NCBI GenBank assembly: GCA_026025795.1
Contig: JAPEUG010000041.1
Coordinates: 49,917-69,916 of the forward strand
From: Thelocarpon superellum
Taxonomy: Eukaryota
Length of the DNA: 20,000 nt
Direction: 5' to 3'
This document shows, piece after piece, positions 1 to 7,187 of this stretch. Numbering within the stretch: the stretch's first letter is position 1; the number at the start of each line of letters is the position of its first letter. The translations under genes were made by a program, and so were the position numbers. The notes below the pieces were generated by a model, which had not been told where the DNA came from, did no database searches, and worked only from the letters and a program-made list of their open reading frames with translations.

Positions 1-295
1 CGTCTAACCGGCTGCGTCCCTGTCGTTCCACGGTAAATAGCCGGCAGGTGCCGTTAAATCCATATTCGGTGAGGAAGACGGCAATTAGGTTGAGGAGCTG
101 AGGAGGAGGTGAGGGCTTCTCAGGGACGCCGAGGGCACGGCGCTTGAGGAAGTTGAGGGCTTTCTCTCGCTCTTGTTTGGCGGTGCGGGCTTCTTTGGGA
201 TCGACGGTCTTGGGATTGAGAGCCGGGTTGTCCTCGTCTGGTGGAAACAGCCAGGCTGGCTGAGGTTTCAGCGGCGCGTTCTTCTTCTTCGGCAT
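1..295 (-). CDS. 5' part of a LisH-motif protein, probably an SRP40/Nopp140-like nucleolar protein (runs off the window edge)
   Basis: Not in the ORF track because it has no stop inside the window. ATG at 295-293 opens a frame that stays open to position 1: MPKKKNAPLKPQPAWLFPP...KPSPPPQLLNLIAVFLTEYGFNGTCRLFTVERQGRSRLD. LLNLIAVFLTEYGFNGTCRLFTVE fits the LisH pattern. An N-terminal LisH preceded by PPP is what I recall for filamentous-fungal SRP40-like proteins, but the diagnostic SRP40 C-terminal domain would lie outside the window. Confidence 0.65.
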   Translation of the reverse strand, partial: MPKKKNAPLKPQPAWLFPPDEDNPALNPKTVDPKEARTAKQEREKALNFLKRRALGVPEKPSPPPQLLNLIAVFLTEYGFNGTCRLFTVERQGRSRLD

Positions 296-330
296 CGTAA
301 ACGTGGCGATGAAGAGCGCCGGTGAGGAGT

Positions 331-369
331 GGAGGTGGAGGAGGTGGAGGAGGTGGAGGAGGTGGAGGT
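331..369. repeat. (GGAGGAGGT)n-type short tandem repeat upstream of the LisH gene
   Basis: Sequence reads ggaggtggaggaggtggaggaggtggaggaggtggaggt. Confidence 0.85.
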
Positions 370-572
370 GAGCGGTGGAGAAGTCGATTGTGGGCCACGA
401 GTGGAGCTCGAGGTGAGGATTTCCCACGGAATCGACAAAAAAGATCTTAGCGTCGTGTGCGCACGGAAGCGGTGGAGGAAGCCGTGGACGACTATGACCC
501 GAAGCGGGAAGGCGTGAAGGGGAAACTCTTTGGCGAGACAGCCGTCGACGGCTCGACAATGGGACGTGATAG

Positions 573-580
573 GTCACGTG
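573..580. promoter_or_regulatory. GTCACGTG E-box (Cbf1-type bHLH site) in the divergent LisH-gene/SEC3 promoter
   Basis: Exact GTCACGTG near the middle of the 296-851 intergenic region. Function is inferred from the motif only. Confidence 0.4.
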
Positions 581-851
581 CACCCCTGGCCAGCATCTTC
601 GCTGCTGCATTGCTGTCGCTGTCGCTGTCGCTGCCGCTGTCGAGTGATGGCGTCAACGCGGCATAAGAGAATGACGACGTGACGTGCACTTCCCCTGATC
701 CATTTGTCGCGCATCATGAGCATGGTCGCAGACGGAATGCATGTGGTCTGATCCCTCGTCGACGAGCTCACCCGACCGCTACATGTGCGACTCATGCCCG
801 AGCTCGGGCGCTCTCCCCTTCTGGCCTTGAGCGCGCGCCTCGTCTGGCACC

Positions 852-3090
852 ATGTCAGCCAAGACACGGGCCGAGAAGTTTGAGGATGAGAAACGACGGA
901 TCGTGGAGAGTTGCTTTGCCAAACAGGACGAAGATGGCTCATGTAAGGCCGAGGCCGCTCGACGCGGGTGAGAATCGTCTCATGTTGACCACCCTACAGT
1001 ACTGGAGTCGTACATCACCCACGTTCGCATCGTCGAGGACGCGGCATACCCATCGACCCCGGCACCTCCCGAGTCACCTCCCGAGAATAAGAAGCCTCGC
1101 ATCATCATCGTTGCGGTGCGCAAGTCGGGCCGGGTGCGGATGCACAAGGCGCGAGAGAACAACAATGGCAGCTTCTCCATCGGCAAGACATGGGTGCTCG
1201 ACGACCTGTCGGCCATCCAATCCTTCACCGGGCCCGCGTCGCTCAAGCGTGAGGAAGAGCAGCAACGGCAATGGGCGGGCGGGGCCGGGTTTGTGGTAAC
1301 GATCTCCAAGTCCTACTACTGGCAGGCGGGCACGTCGAAAGAGAAGGATTTCTTCATCGCGAGTCTGGTGAAGATCTACAAGAAATACACGGCGGGGAAG
1401 GCGCCGGAGTTGCTCGGGTTTGACGCGCGCGAGCGGGAGCAATTGCTCGGACCACAGGCCGCGCGAGGGCCCACACCCGACGCCGTGCCGCGGGAGGTGC
1501 CGCGGGATATCAACACAAGGGATGCGGCCATCTCGCCCGCAGCACCACCGCTCCGGTCACCATACCTGCCGGTGGAAGAGCCGCGTCCGAGCATCGACTC
1601 GCGAACGGGCAGTCTCACGGGGAGTGTCCCGTCCAGTCTCCCCAGCAATGGCATCTCGGCGGCGCGGGGGTATGGACGGGATTCGTCCGACGGACCCAAG
1701 GCGCCCAGCGATGGACGACCGTCACGCGACGAAACGTGGATGGCACCCCGCAAGCCGGAGTTTCCCAAGCCCGACTATGTCAAGTCGGAATACGCGAAGC
1801 CGGAGTATGCTAAGCCAGCCCTTCCCCCGCCCGACCATCCCAAGGCGGACTTGGCCAAGACGGAGGCCCCTAGCGAGAGCAAGGAGAGCGTCACGTCGCC
1901 ATCGTCGGTGGATTCTCGAGACCGAGAGGACGAAGACCACCGGCCAGGACTCGGGCCGATGATCAAGCAAAAGTCGAGGCGAGACATTGGCGCGGCATTC
2001 CGCAAGGCCGCCACGGCGTACACGGCCTTCCGACCACGACCGGGCGGGGCGGGGGAGAAGCTACGGGAGGAGGGACTCAAGGAGCCCGACGGCATGACGG
2101 CCGTGGTACCAGCGCCATCCCCGCTCTCGCGCGGCGTCAGCCAAGATGGCAGCGTTAGCGGGGCCAAGCGCATCAGCGACGCGACCGAGCCAGTCCCAGA
2201 AGTGATGGTGACGGGGGCCATGTCACCGCCGCCGCGGCCCGCACACCGACCCTATTCCTCGCGCGAGCGAAACGAGGCCAGTCGGCCGTCGACCCCACGC
2301 ACCAGCCTACCCAAGGCCGGGATCGTGGCCCGCACGCCGCCACCGGCTGCCGCCGCCGCGGCTGCGATCCAGCAACGAAAGAAGGCACAGGCGGAGGAAA
2401 CGGCACGCTACGTCGCGCACCTCGGCATCGACCCGCATCTACTCGGCGACAAAGCCACGGACATTGACTGGATCCTGAGTGATTTCGGATGTAGCGGGGG
2501 AGACGTGAAGAGCGGACGAGAAGGCACGGGCGGAAAAGAAGGAGAGATGCGCGGCTCGCCATCACGACGGCCCACTCCCCAGAGCGGGTCGACGGCCTTT
2601 CCGGCCCCGCTGGCCTCGCGGTTGAAGAAGCCCGAGGAGCTCGAGGCGGAGCTGAAGCGAGAGCTGGGACGAGTGGAGGCCGGGAGCTGGCTGGGCCTTG
2701 CGTCTGCGTCGGCGGCGTCGTCATCGTCTCCCTCGCGGCAATCCTCATCGCAGGCGCCGCAGCAATTCGAGGAAAAAGACGAGCGAGTGGCGGTGGTGGA
2801 GCGGCTGCTTGATCAGGCCATGGCGGAGTGTGACGAGTTGCAGGGACTACTGACGCTCTACAGCGTTGAGCTGAGCGTAAGTTCCTCCCCTCCAGCTGTG
2901 CAGGACGAGCAACGAGCGAGGAGAAGAGAAGAGTGAAGACGCTAAGATGAAACCCATATGGCAGACGCTCAACGACGACATCTCCTACATCGAAGCACAA
3001 TCCGGCGGGCTGCAGGTCCAAACGGCGAACCAGAAACTACTCCAGTTGGAACTGCAGACACGGTTGCATTCGCTCAATGTGCCGAGATGA
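852..3090 (+). CDS. SEC3: Exocyst component Sec3, apparently C-terminally truncated (~697 aa); exons 852-942, 1000-2876, 2965-3090
   Basis: Exon 1 encodes MSAKTRAEKFEDEKRRIVESCFAKQDEDGS. Intron 943-999 (GTAAGG...GTTGAC...CAG) joins it in frame to LLESYITHVRIVEDAAYPS...PRIIIVAVRKSGRVRMHKARENNNGSFSIGKTWVLDDL...YYWQAGTSKEKDFFIASLVKIYKKYT, the Sec3 PIP2-binding PH-like domain. Later comes ELGRVEAGSWLG...ECDELQGLLTLYSVELS. Intron 2877-2964 (GTAAGT...GCTAAG...CAG) leads to TLNDDISYIEAQSGGLQVQTANQKLLQLELQTRLHSLNVPR, followed by TGA TGA. Confidence 0.9.
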
Positions 3091-3325
3091 TGATCACTCC
3101 GCCATCTCTCCTCCTTCTCTTTCCCTGCTCTTTCTCTTTCCCGCTTTCCCCTGCCATGGATGGGCGGATGGTCAGATGGTCAGATGGGTGGAACTAGGGC
3201 TGGGCAGTTGCATGCAAGGGAAACGGACATGGGAAGGGAACCGGCGGGCAGGCGGGCGCTTCTGACTCATATACGCCTTGTGTATCAATACCTCTTCTAC
3301 CCAAGTCTTCCACTTCTTCCCCTGC

Positions 3326-3437
3326 TTCCTCTCCATCGTCTTCTTCTTCCTCTCCATCGTCTTCTTCTTCCTCTCCATCGTCTTCTTCTTCCTCTCCATC
3401 GTCTTCTTCTTCCTCTCCATCGTCTTCTTCTTCCTCT
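3326..3437. repeat. 21-bp minisatellite, 5 perfect copies plus a partial copy (TTCCTCTCCATCGTCTTCTTC)
   Basis: Units start at 3326, 3347, 3368, 3389 and 3410, with a partial unit at 3431. It lies between the convergent 3' ends of SEC3 and NDUFV1. Confidence 0.95.
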
Positions 3438-3631
3438 TCTTCATCACGTCAAGTCTCGGTCAAAGGTTCCATGGAATGACCCTTTCGGCGTATGGTAAGA
3501 TGCAGGCAGTAGTAGGATGGTACATGGCGCAGCGATTGATGAATCGGTAGAAAACGCCGCTTCTACCGCTCTTACTCCCCTCCCTTTCCCCCTCCTTGTT
3601 CTCCTCGTCGTCTCCATCCCTGCGTACTCGT

Positions 3632-5302
3632 CTACTGACCGGGTGATATCAGCAACCCCTTCTTCGACGCATCGTGCTCCCATCCGCCTGCGAGTGCGGT
3701 CCCCCCTTGCGCAGCTGCGTAACTCTTCATCCGCGCTTCGAGCTCGGGTCGGAAGTGGCGGATCAGGCCTTGGATTGGCCATGCGAAGGCTTCGCCCAGT
3801 GCTGTCATGTCCCCACCATCTCATCAGTATCGTGCAGGTTTCAGGATGCACCTAGGGATGGAGGGATGCGTGAGTGTGCAAAGGGGAATGTCCTCACCAC
3901 AAATCGTATGTCCCTCGACCTGCTTCGTCAATTCTTGCAGCATGTCAATCTCCCGTTCGCGCGCCTGACCCCGCTCGAAGCGCTTCATCACTTGCTCCGT
4001 CCACTTGCTGCCCTCGCGACACGGCGTGCATTGGCCGCAGCTCTCGTGGCGGTAGAAGGTCGACAGGCGACTGATGCAGCGGACCACGTCCGCGCTCTTG
4101 TCCATGACGATCACGGCCGCCGTGCCCAGACCAGACTGCGAGTCTTTGAGGGCGTCGAAATCCATCAGCTGCTCGTCGCAGATGCTCTTGGGCAGGATGG
4201 GCGTGGAGGAACCGCCGGGGATGATGGCCTGCAGGTTGTCCCACCCCCCTCGTACTCCGCCACAGTGTCGGTCGATGAGCTCGCGCAGGGGAATGCTCAT
4301 CTCTTCCTCCACCGTGCACGGGTGATTGACGTGGCCCGAGATGCAAAAGAGCTTCGTGCCCGAGTTGCGTTCGCGGCCGAACGAGGCAAACCAGCCCCCT
4401 CCCCGGCGACAGATGGTCGGTGCCACGGCGATCGTTTCCACGTTGGCCACCGTCGACGGACATCCAAAGAGACCGACGGCGGCGGGGAAGGGCGGCTTGA
4501 GGCGGGGCTTGCCGGGTTTGCCCTCGAGCGATTCGATCAGTGACGTTTCCTCGCCGCAGATATACGCCTGTCATGTCTGTCAGCGAGCCCTCCGTCATCA
4601 GATCAGCAGACCCACCCCCATGCCCCGGTGGATGAAGACATCAAAGTCGTAGCCGCTCCCGCACGCATTCTGCCCGATCAAGCCGTCTTGGTAGGCCTCT
4701 TGGATGGCGCGTTGCAGCACCGTGGTCTCGTGGTAGAACTCGCCCCGGATGTAGATGTAGGCCGCGCTACAGTTCATGGCCCGTCCCGCCACCAGACAGC
4801 CCTCGACCAGCTTGTGTGGGTCCTTGCGCATGATCTCGCGGTCCTTGCACGTGCCGGGCTCGCCCTCGTCGGCATTGACCACGAGGTAGCGGGGGGTGGT
4901 GCCCTGCTCCCAGCCCTTGGGGTTCATGAACGACCACTTCATCCCGGCGGGAAAGCCCGCGCCGCCTCGTCCGCGCAGGCCCGAGGCCTTGATCTCCGAG
5001 ATGATCCAATCATGTCCCTTGGCGAGGATCTCCTTGGTCTGGTGCCAATCGCCGTATTTCTTGGCGCTCTTCAGGTCGGTGCCGTGGTGACCGTACAGGT
5101 TCTGGAAGATGCGGTCTTGGTCCTTGAGGCCGCCAAAGTGGGTGCGTTTCGGCGGTCCATCTTGCACCGTGGCGAGGGATCGGGTGGCCGTCGGCGACCG
5201 GCGCGAGGAAGTGCCCGCGACCGAGGTGGAGGGGAGGACGCGAAGGGGACCGGCGGTCAGTGTCCGCGACGCAGTCGACACCGTCTGAGGACGGGCAATC
5301 AT
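3632..5302 (-). CDS. NDUFV1: Mitochondrial NADH:ubiquinone oxidoreductase 51 kDa FMN-binding subunit (nuo-51), ~508 aa; exons 5302-4616, 4567-3898, 3801-3632
   Basis: Arg/Ser/Thr-rich presequence, then [18 protein letters not shown] and [18 protein letters not shown]. Intron 4615-4568 (GTGGGT...GCTGAC...CAG, 48 nt) joins [18 protein letters not shown]. The Fe-S motif [12 protein letters not shown] follows. Intron 3897-3802 (GTGAGG...CAG, 96 nt) restores [28 protein letters not shown]...GLLISPGQ, ending at TAG 3634-3632. Confidence 0.97.
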
Positions 5303-5488
5303 CGTGATGAGGTGCCGCGGGACACGTCAGGTGTGATGCAATACACCTCGAATCGCCCGGGAGTCGAGCCGTCGATCTTCGATGGTGAGGACGAGCGTGG
5401 AGGTCGATCCTCATCATCGACTTTGTGGAACAGTTGATTGGTGGCGTCGTCGGCTAGCAATGCACTAGGCGTAGGACTGTGTTAGAAG

Positions 5489-5754
5489 TAGTAGCTGCAC
5501 GGCCCCGCCACGTGACCTAGCACAGTAGTGGAGCAGCTCAGGCCCCGGGGACTGAGACTGCACAGTCATTCGACAGGCCTATCGCTGCTGGCCTCCCTAT
5601 CCGACCACGCGAGCGTCGTGAGTGGAATAGTAGCTGCGCGGCCCCAGCACGTGACTTAGCATGGTAGTGGAGCAGCGCTGGCCCCGGGGACTACGACCCT
5701 ACAATCAATCAATGGGCCTATCGCTGCTGGTCCTCCTACCCGGTCGCGCGAGCG
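5489..5754. repeat. Diverged direct duplication, 127-bp copies at 5489-5615 and 5628-5754 (period 139 bp)
   Basis: Ungapped manual alignment gives about 25 mismatches in 127 bp (~80% identity). Each copy contains CACGTGAC (5509-5516 and 5648-5655) and the palindrome CCCCGGGG. Confidence 0.9.
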
Positions 5755-6031
5755 CGGTAACACGTCGCAACCGACTGCACACTACGGGAGACGAGGTGGA
5801 CCACGCTGACCTCCGTCAACAAATCTTCTCGAAGAGGCTGGCGACGAGTGGAGACTGAGCTAACGAACAATCAGGTACAACCAGCGCAAGCCGAGGTCCA
5901 TTGACTTGGTGGGCGACTATGCCGGACAAGAGCTCTTCTTAGTCCTTCTACCCGATCGCGCGAGCGCTGTGACACGTCACAACCGACTGCAGACTACGGG
6001 AGACGAGGTGGACCACGCTGACCTCCGTCAA
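5730..6031. repeat. Second direct duplication, 90-bp copies at 5730-5819 and 5942-6031
   Basis: Ungapped manual alignment gives 6 mismatches in 90 bp. Both copies end in ...ctacgggagacgaggtggaccacgctgacctccgtcaa. Confidence 0.92.
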
Positions 6032-6165
6032 GCTCCCTCCCCGCCGCGAAAGTCCCGGTGCTCGTCCTCCGAGAGTACTCGTACAGCCGAAGGCGTCCTC
6101 GCGTGACGGGAGAGCTCGTCGTAGTGTGAGAGCGGAAAGGACAGATGGAAAGAGAATGAGCAGCA

Positions 6166-6850
6166 ATGGCCGCGACCAAACGAGCCTCCACCATCCCCAC
6201 GGGCCCCAAACCACCGACGACCATCGCGGCCACTGCCATCATCGCCGAGCACGCCAACCTCACTGGCACGCACCGCATCACGGTGGGGGACAACACGGTG
6301 CTGCATCCGCGGGCCAAGATCAGCTCCGTCGTCGCACCTGTCACCATCGGCCAGGGATGCATCATCTGTGAGCGGACGGTGGTGGGGATGAGGGGGGACG
6401 CCGCTGAGGGTGCTGGCGCTGGTACTGGCACCGTCATCGAAGACGCCGTGCAGATCGAGGCCGGCGTCGTGGTGGAAGCGAGCCGCGTGGGCAAGGGCAG
6501 CGTGATTGAAGTCAAGGCGCGGATAGGCCGGGGGGCAGTCTTAGGCCAGGTGGGTTTGTGGGAAAGGATTCATCTTGAAAGACACCTGTTTCACTTCCAT
6601 TGCTACCATCTCCCGAGGAGGACAAATGACTGACGGTACCCCGCGATAGCACTGCAAGATTGGCCCCCTATGCGAGGTGGCCCCCCACGAGGTCCTGCCC
6701 GATCACACCATCCTCTACGGCACGGGCCAGCGACGGATCGACCGCTCGGGCACCGACGAGCGACGCGTGGCCGCGGCCGCACGACACGTGGAGGCGCTGC
6801 GGAAATTGATCCCGTCACATTTGGCCAAGTGGGCCTCGTCGGAGGCATGA
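6166..6850 (+). CDS. DCTN6: Dynactin subunit 6 (p27)-like left-handed beta-helix protein, ~194 aa; exons 6166-6549, 6650-6850
   Basis: Hexapeptide-repeat sequence IIAEHANLTGTHRITVGDNTVLHPRAKI...VTIGQGCIICERTVVG...VGKGSVIEVKARIGRGAVLGQ. Phase-0 intron 6550-6649 (GTGGGT...ACTGAC...TAG). Exon 2 encodes HCKIGPLCEVAPHEVLPDHTILYG...HVEALRKLIPSHLAKWASSEA*. Confidence 0.85.
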
Positions 6851-7090
6851 TACGGCTACGCACCGTTATGTCGGAGAGCCAGGGATCAGGCACGGAAGGG
6901 ATGGGTCCCTTTGTGGACGGCGCATGAGAGGACTGGAGGTGGAGACGGGAGATACCCCGAGTGTCAGGGGCAACATAGCAGCCGGCCTGCGCTCACGCAG
7001 CAACGGGCCAAGCAGCACCACATCATAGAATCCATGAACCAGTCCGGCCCAGTCCACCGTGCGCACGAGACCAGAAGAGCAACAGTGAGA

Positions 7091-7145
7091 GGAAAGGAAA
7101 GGAAAGGAAAGGAAAGGAAAGGAAAGGAAAGGAAAGGAAAGGAAA
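7091..7145. repeat. (GGAAA)11 pentanucleotide microsatellite just downstream of the MLP1 stop codon
   Basis: Eleven perfect GGAAA units, directly visible. Confidence 0.97.
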
Positions 7146-7187
7146 GAAAAGGGAAAAGAGAAGGAATGCCCTATCTACAAACATGCT

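Noticed and set aside
120..398. 92-aa poly-proline ORF
   Set aside because: It arises from the GGAGGT repeat and overlaps the LisH gene in another frame.
3088..3093. Stop-codon readthrough or A-to-I editing rescuing full-length Sec3
   Set aside because: There are two tandem TGA codons, and the downstream sequence shows no Sec3-like coding potential or space for the missing domain.
3326..3437. Regular repeat array as a possible CRISPR
   Set aside because: The units are contiguous with no unique spacers, the context is eukaryotic, and there are no cas genes.
3172..3550. ORFs with KKKTMER, LHRLLLP and FFFLSIV repeats
   Set aside because: These are different-frame translations of the 21-bp minisatellite, with no coding evidence outside the repeat.
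4559..4630. RGMGAY instead of the RGAGAY often seen before ICGEET in NuoF/NDUFV1
   Set aside because: As I recall, Met at this position occurs in other filamentous ascomycete orthologs. All FMN and Fe-S motifs are intact.
3674..5437. 289-aa and 269-aa plus-strand ORFs
   Set aside because: Antisense shadows of NDUFV1 exons.
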